DNA of 64,000 nucleotides from assembly GCA_964016885.1 (NCBI GenBank), contig OZ024741.1, positions 325,934,001-325,998,000 on the forward strand, read 5' to 3'. Of the stretch, positions 42,034 to 56,692 are shown piece by piece. A model generated the notes under the pieces. That model made no database searches. It was not told the DNA's origin and saw only the letters and a program-made list of their open reading frames with translations. The position numbers and the translations under genes were made by a program. Source of the stretch: Eledone cirrhosa (lineage: Eukaryota). The number at the start of each line of letters is the position of its first letter. The first letter of the stretch is position 1.

Positions 42034-42556
42034 TATTTGTAGTTGATGTGTGTATGTGTATATATATATATATGTATGTATGTGTATATATGTATATGTA
42101 TGTATGTGTATATATATGTGTGTGTATGTGTATATATATATATATGTATGTGTATGTGTGTGCATATTTGTCTGACTGAGTGTATTAATTTATTTATTTA
42201 TTTATTTATTTTATTTCTTTATTTTTTTATATATATGTATATATATGTGTATATGTATGTATGTATATATGTATATACGTGTATATATATGTATATATAT
42301 ATGTATATGTATGTATGTGTATATGTGTATGTGTGTGTATATATATGTATGTGTGTTTGCGTGTGTACGTGTGTATATATTTATATGTGTATATGTATCT
42401 CTATTTATATTTGTATATATGTGTATGTATATCCCTTTATTTATGTATGTCTGAGTTGTGTGAGCGTGTGGTGGTGTTTGTATGTATATACGCATACATG
42501 GATGTGTATGTATGTGTATATATGCGTATATGTATGTGTGTATGTGTGTGTGAGTA

Positions 42557-42601
<45 letters not shown>

Positions 42602-42691
42602 TGTATGTGTGTGTATGTGTGTATATATATCTTTATATATGTGTATGTGTATGTGTGTGTATGTATGTGTGTGTATATATATATATGTGTG

Positions 42692-42738
<47 letters not shown>

Positions 42739-42739
42739 A

Positions 42740-42784
<45 letters not shown>

Positions 42785-42859
42785 GTGGGTATGTATGTGT
42801 ATGTGTGTATATACATGAGTGTGTTTATATATGTGTCTAGATATGTGTATATATGTGTA

Positions 42860-42922
<63 letters not shown>

Positions 42923-43141
42923 TGTGAATGTATGTGTATAAATATATATATATGTATGCGTGTATGTGTGTATATATATATATGTCTGTATGTGTGTATA
43001 TGTCTATGTATTTATATGTGTATATATATGTGTCTCTATATGTATGCGTGTGTGTATGTGTATGTGTATTTATATGCTGTGTGTATGTATATGTATGTGT
43101 ATGTATGTGTTTATGTATATGTGTATGTATATGTATGTATA

Positions 43142-43190
<49 letters not shown>

Positions 43191-43246
43191 GTATGTATAT
43201 CGATGTATATTTTATATTTTACTTGTTATATATATATATATATATA

Positions 43247-43334
<88 letters not shown>

Positions 43335-43911
43335 CTTGATATATTTCTTTTTTATTTTTCTTTTCTTTTTATTTCTAAATTTATAGATACATTTATAAAT
43401 AGGCAGCTTGCTGACACCGCTAAATACTGACCTCTCCCCCCCCCCACCTACTTTCTGTATCTGGATCTAAATATGTGTGGCAGTGTTTATGTGCGCGCAT
43501 TAATGTCCATATGCTTATGATAATAGTATATACACATATATATGTGTGTGGGGGTGTGTGTGTATGTATGTTCGTGGTTGTGTGTATGTTTATGCGTATA
43601 CGCGCGTGTGTGTGTGAATGTACGTATATGTGTGAGTATATGAATGTGTGTGTATATTTGTTTTTATACGTATTTTATCTGTAGATTATAAACATACAGA
43701 GACATTAGCCTTGAATTTTTGTATTTACATACATCTTTTTGGCATGCGTATGCATGTGAACATATATCTTTATACATATCTGTGAACGAAGTTAATTACA
43801 TATATACACACACCTAACTGTATAAACTTTTTGTATTTTCATTGGTCAATTTGAACTCTGTTCCCAAACAGACATGTAATTTTGAATTGTTGTTATTATC
43901 AATAAATATAT

Positions 43912-44065
43912 TTCATTATTTCTGAAGACGGCATATATATGTGTTGGTATGTATATTTAATTTTGATAGTTTGTATAATTTTGTATAATTTTGTACATAG
44001 ATCTATTGAATATGCATGCCAATTCTAACACATATATATCCTAGAAACGATCGTTAAATAATGAA
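43912..44065 (+). ncRNA. Hammerhead with a 10-bp stem I and a 115-nt stem II region
   Basis: ttcattattt-CTGAAGA-cggc-atatatatgtgtt...aacacatatatat-ccta-GAAA-CGATCG-TT-aaataatgaa. Confidence 0.82.
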
Positions 44066-44279
44066 CTTTTTTTGTTTAATATAAGGAACTGTTTCATTGT
44101 TTTATTCATTATTTTTTTAATATTTTATATATATATATATATATATTCGTTTGTTTGAATTCACATGACTCCAGTTCCTCAGTGAAATAACAACCCAACA
44201 AGGAACTGGGCATATCAGAGTATTGACAATATTATACACCTAAACAACATATGTACTTGTCTATACCATACTAATTCAA

Positions 44280-44334
44280 ACTGCCTGAAGAGGTCACAGC
44301 CAAAGATGGCTGTCACTGAAATATATATAGCAGT
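44280..44334 (+). ncRNA. Minimal type I hammerhead ribozyme
   Basis: actgc-CTGAAGA-ggtc-acagcc-aaagat-ggctgt-cact-GAAA-TATATA-TA-gcagt. Confidence 0.75.
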
Positions 44335-44476
44335 AATAAACGAAGCTACATTTTAATCATTTGACTTTTATTTAACTTTATTTTACACTACTCCGGAGTA
44401 ACCAAACCAACCTGCGCACTTCGTCGAGTGCTCCAGCCTGCATACTGAGGTGTTGGTATATAACCAACATAAACTC

Positions 44477-44627
<151 letters not shown>

Positions 44628-44698
44628 CACATATATATATATACATATATATATATGTACTGTTGCTAGTATATATATATCTATCTGTGTGTGTGTAT

Positions 44699-44748
<50 letters not shown>

Positions 44749-44749
<1 letters not shown>

Positions 44750-45874
44750 TAGGCGCAGTACCCAGCGTTGCCTGGGGAGGTAAACTAATATCTGCTTTCA
44801 TGAAAAGGTCTTGATCTTAGCGACTGCTTCTCGATGACTCATCTATGGCTACACACATGCCATGCGAGGCACGGTGGTGATGACCTCCATCACTGAGAAA
44901 CACGGGTGACTGATGAAGGGGCATGCTGGGGGAGGGAGGTAATGACCTCTAGCACTAAGCCAAATTTCCTCACGCTACTTGACTGGAAACCGATGAATTC
45001 TCAAATTCACAACTAAAAGCTCAGATGACGTCAGTCGCCATCGTTTTGCATTTGACCATCTATTCGATGTGCAATGATAGGTTCTATCGTAGTATAAAAG
45101 TTGAACCAAATAAATTGATTTATGTGTGAGGTGAAGCCAAAATTTCGAATTTGAACGAAATCGGTTGAAAAATGTGGGAGCTAATGATAGGTTCTATCGT
45201 AGTATAAAAGTTGAACCAAATAAATTGATTTGTGTGTGAGGTGGAGTCGAAGTTTCGAATTTGAAAGAAATCATCTGAAAAATGTGGGAGCTAGAGCCGG
45301 AAAGGCGGAAATTTGAGCGAAAAGGTGGTATATTCGCATATTTAAGCGGCTGCCAGGCCGTTCCTTAAAAAAAAACAAAATGTAAAGAACTTTAAGACGT
45401 GAAATAATCAGATCTAGCGTAGTGTAAAGTTTGAACAAAGTAGGTTGATTAATGTGGGAGCTAGAGCCGAAAAAGTGGAAATTTGAGTCTAAAAGTGGTA
45501 TTTTTGTATATTTAAGCGGCTGCCACACCGGCCCTGAAGGTAAAATGCAAAATATAAAGCAATTACAAGATGTACAATGATAAATTCTATTTTGCTTTAA
45601 AATTTGAACGAAATCGGTGACAAAATATGGGAGCTAGAGGCAAAAATCTTATTTTTCAATACCTAAAAAAAGGTGACCCCCTCCTATCGATTTTTGTCTG
45701 CAGATTGACCCACGAATAAAAGAACGATACGCTGATATATTGAAAACACTCCCCGATGACGAATCTATGAGCCTGTAAAGTTTCATGAAAATTGGTCGTA
45801 AGATGTAGGCCCCTATAGGTAATAAACAGACACACATACACACACACACATACTTAATTATATATATATACAGA
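44749..45874 (-). mobile_element. Non-autonomous Helitron with internal ~110-bp tandem repeats
   Basis: The minus-strand 3' end has hairpin CCCAG-gcaacg-CTGGG then CTAG (44749-44776). 5' TC at 45873-45874. Repeats at 45074 and 45183. Confidence 0.7.
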
Positions 45875-45929
45875 TATATATATATATATGAATATATATA
45901 TATATCCATATATATCCATATATATATAC

Positions 45930-46008
<79 letters not shown>

Positions 46009-46155
46009 CATACATGCATTCATGCAATATATTTATATGCACACATATATTTATGTGAATATATTTGTTTGTGTGTACATATGTTCATATATATATATGT
46101 ATATATTCTTATGTATCATATAACTCTATACATACATACAAACATACATACATAC

Positions 46156-46767
46156 ATGGTGGCTGCCAACTCGTTTTCGAGTACGGCCACTACTTTATAT
46201 CCATGTAGGAGAACCCCTACCGATGCGCTGAACGAATGTGACTTTTTAGTCCAGCCAGCGACTTGAAAACTCTGGTACAAAGACTACACTTGTGACCATT
46301 ATTGACACATAGTGCAGGGCCCATGGTACCATGTGATGACAAGTGCAGAGAGATCTCCAGATATAAAGCAATGCCTGTGCTGTGAAGCTTTTATAGTGAG
46401 CAAAGGCACTGCACAAAGCCAGTCCCACTCTCTTAACCAAGATGATATTTACCAAAAAGAAGAACAAGTCAACATCATTGGATACCATCAGGGTTGCAGG
46501 TGTTATATCAGAGTTTTCCTTCTCCTAGAATTCTGCCTTGACAAAGGCAAAGGGGTCATCTCTCCCGGTGATTTTGGATGGCTATTGAGTCTTAAGAGCT
46601 CCCTTGCCCTTTGACAGGTTTTGTTTTTAGTCCTGCAGGATGTCCAAAGTCACCCTCCTCACCAAGAAACCTTGGTGGGGTTGCCAGTTTAGTCGCCAAC
46701 GACCCGACCATGAGACAGGTTGTACTGGGATACATGTTACCAGTAGCACCAACTGGTGACCTGACAT
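46156..46767 (-). mobile_element. ~610-bp non-autonomous element with RTE-LINE-like 5' UTR motif (copy 1)
   Basis: Reverse complement of 51647-52258 with identical ends. The CTAGGAGAAGGAAAACTCTGA motif resembles RTE 5' UTRs. Confidence 0.6.
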
Positions 46768-46791
46768 ATATATATATATATACATACACAC

Positions 46792-46824
<33 letters not shown>

Positions 46825-47631
46825 CATACATACATACACATATACACATATACACACATATATATATATACATATATATATATACATATATATATATACA
46901 TATATATATATACACACATACATATATACACACATATATACATACACATATATATACATATATACATACATACACACACACATATACATACACACACACA
47001 CACACATATATATATACATATATATATACATACATATATACATATATATATACATACACATACATACATATACACATACACATACATACATATATACACA
47101 TATATACATACATATATACATACATATACATACATATATATACATATACATACATATATATATATATATACATACATATACACACACATATACATACATA
47201 TACATACACACACACATACATATACACATACATATACATACATACATATATATATATACACACATATATATATATATACATACATACACATATACACACA
47301 TACATACACACACACACATATACATACATACACATACATACACACACATACATACATACACATATACACATATATATATATACATATATACATATATATA
47401 TATATACATATACATATATACACATATATACATATACACACACACATATACATATATATACATATACATACATACACACACATATACACATACATATATA
47501 TACATATATATACATATACATACATATACACATATATATACATATATATACATATATACATATATGCATATATACATACATGTACATGCATATATAACAT
47601 ACATACATACATACATACATACATACATACA

Positions 47632-47784
<153 letters not shown>

Positions 47785-48263
47785 GGGAATCAGTAAAATC
47801 GAATCTCTGGCGGTTTGCAAGTAATTCGGCCTACTTATATGAAGTGATGGGTTAGCGAAGCACTCGATAAGATAGGTCTCAGAGTTATAACATACGTTTA
47901 AATAGCTTGACGAATCGGACATTGTGGTAGGCTAAACTAACACACAATACATACCAAAGTAACGAAGAAACTAATCAGGTTGAAAAAATAGACCTGGACA
48001 AATCAGACGAGCGTTTGAAATGTTTCCCTGACTCCGAAATCAAATATCAGACTTACTTTAGTGGCAAGTTCATGGTATTGGTGACTGAACAGAGGAATCA
48101 GTTTATCAGCAGGTCTTCGTTCTGGTTAGGATCAGGAGTGATAAAATATGTTGCTGCTCTCACGGCTGCTAATCGTATCTATATTTATCACGTGTTAATT
48201 CCGGCAAGGGAAATAACCCCTGGTTTTTGGCGGGTCATTCAAATGCTAGCAAATGGTAATATT

Positions 48264-48330
<67 letters not shown>

Positions 48331-48469
48331 TCGTATATACATATATATATGAGTGTGTGTGTGTATGTATATATGTATGTATTCTATATAGCCAAGGCAG
48401 TGGCTGACAACGTATTTAGATGCTTTTATTTTTTCGGGCGCTCTACTCGGTCCTCATACGTTTATAACG

Positions 48470-49202
48470 TTTCTATGCACCGATTAGAAAGTGGGCAGAC
48501 TAATTTGCATAGAGCGTGAGTACGTACCGGTTCAACGGAGACGATAAAAACAAATAACGAAACGAAATTAAATTTCGTTTCGTTTGTAACTCACTTTTGT
48601 ATGACTGACGCTTAAACAATTAAGTTAAAAATGTACATCCACATATGTATACTGAAATACTAGTATGCATATGAATACACACACGTATACATATGTAGAT
48701 GTACCGAGTTTTTCACTGGTCACTTTACTGTTATTTGTTTTTATCGTCTCCGTTGAACCGGTACGTACTCACGCTCTATGCAAATTAGTCTGCCCACTAC
48801 TAATTTTCATAGAAAAAGCATATAACGATATGTGCTTTTACGATTCTCTAGAGAGGCCGGAAGATAGGTAAATATTGCTGATGAGATGTAACAACATCGA
48901 AACTAGTTCAATATTCCTTGCCTGGGTTTCTGAAGAATAGAGGAAAGGTGTTTCCTCAAAAACCAGTATGACTCTAAAAACCGGTTTGTCTGTGTGTTTA
49001 CATACAGAATAGCTGGACACTCACAGTAAAGTGACCAGTGAAAAACTCGGTACATCTACATATGTATACGTGTGTGTATTCATATGCATACTAGTATTTC
49101 AGTATACATATGTGGATGTACATTTTTAACTTAATTGTTTAAGCGTCAGTCATACAAAAGTGAGTTACAAACGAAACGAAATTTAATTTCGTTTCGTTAT
49201 TT

Positions 49203-49206
<4 letters not shown>
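48470..49206 (+). mobile_element. Retrozyme-like family B, a ~467-bp monomer plus an inverted piece that spans the monomer junction
   Basis: Monomer 48731-49197. The reverse complement of 48490-48730 equals monomer end plus monomer start. HHR at 48871, octamers at 48778 (+) and 48503 (-). Confidence 0.8.
48871..48915 (+). ncRNA. Canonical minimal type I hammerhead ribozyme
   Basis: aatattg-CTGATGA-gatgt-aaca-acatc-GAAA-CTAG-TT-caatatt. Perfect 7-bp stem I and 5-bp stem II with G10.1-C11.1. Confidence 0.9.
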
Positions 49207-49274
<68 letters not shown>

Positions 49275-49287
49275 ATATATATATATG

Positions 49288-49359
<72 letters not shown>

Positions 49360-49364
49360 TATAA

Positions 49365-50230
49365 ATTAATAAAAATAATGAATAAAAACAAAGAAACAGT
49401 TCCTTATATTAAAAAATTCATCATTTTACGATCGTTTCTAGGATATATATATGTGTGTTGGTATGTATATCATATAGATCTATGTAAAAGTTTTACAAAC
49501 TATCAGAGGGAATATACATACCTACACATATATATGCTGTCTTCAGAAATAATGATATTTGTTTATTGAAAAAACCCAACAAAGATTTAATATAATAGGT
49601 CTGTTTGGGAACAGGTTTTGAATTGAGCAATAGAAAGGTAGTAAGTGGTCAAGTTGATAGAATAGTAGTAGAAGAAATTTAATTTAGGGGTAGAAGAATG
49701 CAGACTTCAGTTTTGAATAGAAAGAGTATTTTTGAATGAAAAGATTACTTTGGGGAAGAAAATAGGTCAAGCCGGTGAAAAGTAGACGAAACATTGATGT
49801 TATTAACGATGTTATTAAAATCTAAGGAGAATAAAATTTTACGATAAATGTGTTAGTGAAAAATATCGATCTTATTTAAAAATTTAGATTTATAAAAAGA
49901 AATTAAATTAATTTAATTGATAGGTATATTTATAGGGAGGATAAATTTATATTAATTCATTTAGATATGATAAATGAGAGTTAGATGGAGATTGAAGAAT
50001 CCTGTTAAAAACGAAGGAAAAAAATGGGGGGGGGGGGGTAAATGTATTAGTGAGAAATAAAAAACTTATTTAGATTACAAGGAATATAGATTCATAATAG
50101 GAAATTAAAATAGTTTATATGTATACTTATTGGTATAAATTTTAGGAAAAGATAGCTGTAAAAGGGAAATAAAATTATGCAGTTCTTAGTAGTAGAATAT
50201 TAATTATAGGTTAGCTAATTTTAAAAACAT
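49365..50230 (-). mobile_element. 3' UTR fragment of a relative of the 34.7-44.1 kb Penelope, with an HHR at 49418-49555
   Basis: Homologous to 34740-35010. Minus strand: tcattattt-CTGAAGA..GAAA-CGATCG-TA-aaatgatga. Confidence 0.75.
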
Positions 50231-50273
50231 TTATATATATATATATATATATATACATATTTTTATTTATATT

Positions 50274-50317
<44 letters not shown>

Positions 50318-50415
50318 CACGCACACACACACACACACATATCTATATAAAGATATATAAATATTTATATTTAATCAATCATGTCGTGTATTAAAAAGAA
50401 ATGAAATATTATATA

Positions 50416-50476
<61 letters not shown>

Positions 50477-50743
50477 AACCATTATTTCTAAATATAGCAG
50501 TCTATTTCACTGAGTGTACTGAAGCGGTGTTTCCCCACCACTGGTGATATTTCTGAATGTAGAGCCATTTACTTATATTAGTTTGAATCAATATATATAC
50601 TTATATGTTTTCGTGTGTATGTGTATACGCTTGGTAGAGATAGGGTTCGATTCCAATTGCATGTTATTTTTCTGCCCTTAAAGTGTCTGCACCCTCTTTT
50701 ATGTGCTATTCTATATCATATCCTTATATATATATACACATCC

Positions 50744-50839
<96 letters not shown>

Positions 50840-51028
50840 TAGGTAGTACGGTGAAATACAGGTGCTGGTACTTAATCAAGCACTCTATGCGGAAGCAGAG
50901 TGTATATAATAAAAAACGAGGACCCTTCTTTCATATATGAAAAAATATTTATAAAAAATATTTTTAATATGTAAACGAAACGTCCTGTTTTTTTTTCTAT
51001 TATATATATGACCCTCCCCAAGTATAAC

Positions 51029-51072
<44 letters not shown>

Positions 51073-51492
51073 AACTATGCCTGTAAATATCATTATTTTT
51101 TCTTCCATATTGACTTTTTATGCTCTACATTATCCACGTTTTTTTCCTTTTACTTTTTTCTTTTCACTTCATAAACCTTGTTTGTAAATAACATTATTCT
51201 TTCTGCAGCTTATGTTTAACACTAATACATTTCACTATCATTTGATAATGCATAAATATGGTGAAACCGGTAATAGACAGTAATTAAATATATAAATAGA
51301 TAAATAAATGCCATTGTTAAATAATAAATAAAGCAACTAATACCTCAACACTTCACACAAAGGAAAACATTTCGTTTTAATTATTTTCTAACCCAGAAAA
51401 AAGAGAGAGAGAAACAAAAAAGGATAAAAATATGTTTTTCTTCCTAATAATCGTCTCTTTCTCCCTATTTTCACACACACACGCACACACAC

Positions 51493-51589
<97 letters not shown>

Positions 51590-51646
51590 TATATACATAT
51601 GTTTACATATATATACATATATATACATATATATATACATATATTT

Positions 51647-52256
51647 ATGTCAGGTCACCAGTTGGTGCTACTTGTAACATGTATTCCAGTACAACCTGTC
51701 CCATGGTCGGGTCGTTGGCGACTAAACTGGCAACCCCACCAAGGTTTCTTGGTGAGGAGGGTGACTTTGGACATCCTGCAGGACTAAAAACAAAACCTGT
51801 CAAAGGGCAAAGGAGCTCTTAAGAGTCAATGGCCATCCAAAATCACCGGGAGAGATGACCCCTTAGCCTTTGTCAAGGCAGAATTCTAGGAGAAGGAAAA
51901 CTCTGATATAACACCTGCAACCCTGATGGTATCCAATGATGTTGACTTGTTCTTCCTTTTGGTAAATATCATCTTGGTTAAGAGAGTGGGACTGGCTTTG
52001 TGCAGTGCCTTTGCTCACTATAAAAGCTTCACAGCACAGGCATTGCCTTATATCTGGAGATCTCTCTGCACTTGTCATCACATGGTACCATGGGCCCAGC
52101 ACTATGTGTCAATAATGGTCACAAGTGTAGTGTTTGTACCAGAGTTTTCAAGTCGCTGGCTGGACTAAAAAGTCACACTCGTTCAGCGTATCGGTAGGGG
52201 GTCTCCTACATGGATATAAAGTAGTGGCCGTACTCGAAAACGAGTTGGCAGCCACC

Positions 52257-52258
<2 letters not shown>
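51647..52258 (+). mobile_element. ~610-bp non-autonomous RTE-like element (copy 2)
   Basis: Highly similar to 46156-46767. Flanked by TA-rich repeats. Confidence 0.6.
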
Positions 52259-52348
<90 letters not shown>

Positions 52349-52558
52349 AGATACGGATTCACTGCCGGGCGGCTGAGATTAAACGGTTTCGACAGTAATT
52401 GAAAAATTAATAATTTCTCTTTTGCTATCGAAAATATATAAACTTTGCAATCGGAAATGAAACCATATAATACACACTCACGTATACACATAAACACAAA
52501 CACACACACACACACAGACACACACACACGTACATATATATATATATATATATATATA

Positions 52559-53753
<1,195 letters not shown>

Positions 53754-54044
53754 TATATATATATAGAGAGATATATATGTAATGTATTCTTTATCATAAA
53801 TGGGCTATATATTTCAATTCATCAAGAAAAGTACTGAATTCATTCGGAATTTTCTGTCAGAGGTAAGTTTACTATGCTGCCCTATGTAACATCAACGCCT
53901 GGTTTATTGTGCTCTTTGAGGTGTATAGTTCTCTCCCCTGCAAGCATTCAGACAAGCCTCTGGCCCTTTACCATTTCATGTTTCGCTTGATATTTTTTAT
54001 TGAATTTCTTTATTATTATTCCTGTTGTTATTATTGTTGCTGAG

Positions 54045-54264
54045 GTAGGGTGATGGATTGGCAGTATCGGTAGAGTATCGGGTAATATATTTTGTGATAT
54101 ATAGCACCAGCCCTATACGTTCTGAGTTCAAATTCCACCGAGATTAGCTTTGCCTTTCATTCTTACATAGTCGATAAAATAAAGTACCAGTAATGCGCTG
54201 GGTTCTATTTAATCGATATTTTCCTCTCCCCAGATTATTACCTTTGCCTAAATCAGAAGCATAG
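54045..54264 (+). mobile_element. Full-length tRNA-derived SINE with an 11-bp TSD
   Basis: A-box TGGCAGTATCGG and B-box GAGTTCAAATTCC. ttgttgctgag at 54034-54044 and 54265-54275. Confidence 0.85.
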
Positions 54265-54584
54265 TTGTTGCTGAGATAAGTATAATTGCTCTTTGTAGTA
54301 ATTGTAATAGTATTGGTAGTAGTTGTTGTAGTAGAAATGGTGGTGGTGGTACTAGTATAAAAGTAGTTGATTTTTGTGATACTTCATGATATCATTCTTA
54401 TCAGTTGTTTAATAAGATTTACGTAATATAATTTCACTCTCTCTCTCTCTTTCTCTGGGTATGTGGGCGTGTACGATAGACTGATACATTGATAGAAAGA
54501 GAGAGAGAAAGAGAGAGACAGAGAGAGAGAAAAAGAGAGAGAGAGAGCGAAACACATAAGAACAGTGTGTATGTATTTGTGAGA

Positions 54585-54649
<65 letters not shown>

Positions 54650-54889
54650 CTGGGATAGACACATGTGCTGAGCTCGCTCGGTAAGTTTCGTTTAAATTTA
54701 TCTGGAAATTGTGAACTGTAAACTTTCATTTTTGTACCATTTTGTAGAGAGACTGCCAGGTCAAACTTTGATCTGGTCAGTGTCTCAAAATATTCTACGC
54801 CTTTAGGCGAAATAGTGTTGTAAAAATTTAATCTTTCGAAAAATTTCGAAAAATCCTATTTTGATAAAAATGGCTGAAGCATCTTCACC

Positions 54890-56438
54890 AAAATTCGAAG
54901 GAGGAAAGGGGAAGAAAAGCTTACAGCTTCCCCCTGCCACTGTCACAGTAGCAGAGGTCAAAAAGAAAGGTCAGCCAGAGGAAGGATTTTCTCCACCTGT
55001 TGACCGACAACTTGACGTTGCCATGGCAACAAACCAAACAACCAGCGGCACCAGCAACAACAACAACAACAACAATGCGACGGACGAAAACAACACCAAT
55101 AACAATAACAACAACAACAAGCCCAATAACTGTGATAACAACAACAATGATAACAACAACACCACCAACTACAACAGCATCACAAACAAAAAGAAATTTC
55201 TCCTTCGGCGAGACGGCAAGGAAAACCCTCGACTATCTGCCAGTAGATATAATCAAAGCGAAGGAGCTACTGGCAGATGCCAAAAAATATATAGTGTACG
55301 GGGAAAATAGTTCATTCACGATCCATTCCCCCCCTGGAACTAAAAAGCCAGAGACTCCTAAACACTGTCATGTTTAGGACAATCTCGAATAAAAGCAAAA
55401 AACCAGCTCAACCATCACAGAGTGGGATAGAGCTGGTTTTAAAAGACGTCATGAAGGACATCACCTTCATTCAGAAGGATAGACTCTACGGGAGTCTATC
55501 CATTCTCATGAAGGACAGGGACACAGCAGTGAAACTGTCCATCAAACCAATCACATCCACCGCATACACCTTTTACCCTACGTACATGGGTAGAAGAACA
55601 CAAAAAATAAAAATCCACACCATCCTGCCGATTATGGACATATGGTGGGTTTTGACAGGTTTCTTGGACCTGGATGATGACATGCTGGTGTCCATGGGAA
55701 AGGCATCGGGTGACGCGTTCAGTGGAACGAGCCTCGAACTTGTAGTTCAAATGAGGCCCGAAAGGATCGCCCAGATCCCTGAACGCGTCATACTGGATGA
55801 TCAAACTTTCATCAACATTACCGTTGAGGGTAGGCGGCCCTCGTGTTACCTCTGCGGAACCAGAGGTCACCTGAGGGCTGTCTATCCCCAACTTAATAAG
55901 AAAACCCCAATCCTGCCTACATCACCAACAACTGCACAACCAACACAATCACCACAACTACCACTACAAAAACAACCACCACAGCTCAAACCAAAACAAA
56001 ACAATGTCCAACCCATCCCCCCCCACTCAAAAAACAAAAACAATTTCCAAAACACCCGCACCGCAAACACAACCCGAAAATATACCCCTCCCCTCCAACG
56101 CGGAAGATGACCATAGTTCGTCGTCAGACGAGGAGGAGCTCTTCCACACAATCAAAAGAAAAAAAAGAAAACACACCTCAAACACACAAATGAAAACAAC
56201 CCCTCCCCAAAACATAACACTGACACCAACACAAAAGAGCTCACAACAACAGCGAACAAAAAACACCACACAAAAACAAAAACATGCATACACATACATA
56301 AACACAAGAAACAAAAAACTGTTAAACATTGTGTACAACAACAATCTAATAAAAACCCAAGGGCCTAACTTCACCCAGGTAGGGGATTTCCCCCACCTCA
56401 GAATGATTAAGGCCCCACAGGACACCTATAAAACTTAA
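54890..56438 (+). pseudogene. LINE ORF1 (gag-like, frameshifted)
   Basis: Asn-rich N-terminus, ITVEGRRPSCYLCGTRGHLRAVY (degenerate CCHC), and a Pro/Gln-rich tail over several frames. Confidence 0.7.
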
Positions 56439-56692
56439 AAAAAACAAACTTTAAAAAGAGGACGTGGGTCCTCCCTGCGTCGGGCCCATTAACCGCGTCC
56501 TCCTAAAAAACTACCCCACCCCTTCCCCAAACACCCACACAACTCCAAACTCCCCAACCACACAACACACTGATGCCCCCACACTTCCACAAACCACACC
56601 CCACCCAACAACCCATCCCCACTCTAATGGAAATTGTGCGGCCCGATACCCGGGACGCAGAGAGGTAAGTGCCGTTTCTCTTCACCACCAAC

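Noticed and set aside
44905-44935. CTGATGAAGGGG as a hammerhead core
   Set aside because: No closing stems or properly placed GAAA-UH half, and it lies inside a Helitron.
46246-46614. Duplicated 80-100 aa ORFs, also at 51863-52168
   Set aside because: They lie within a repeated non-autonomous element, show no recognisable domain, and their stops differ between copies.
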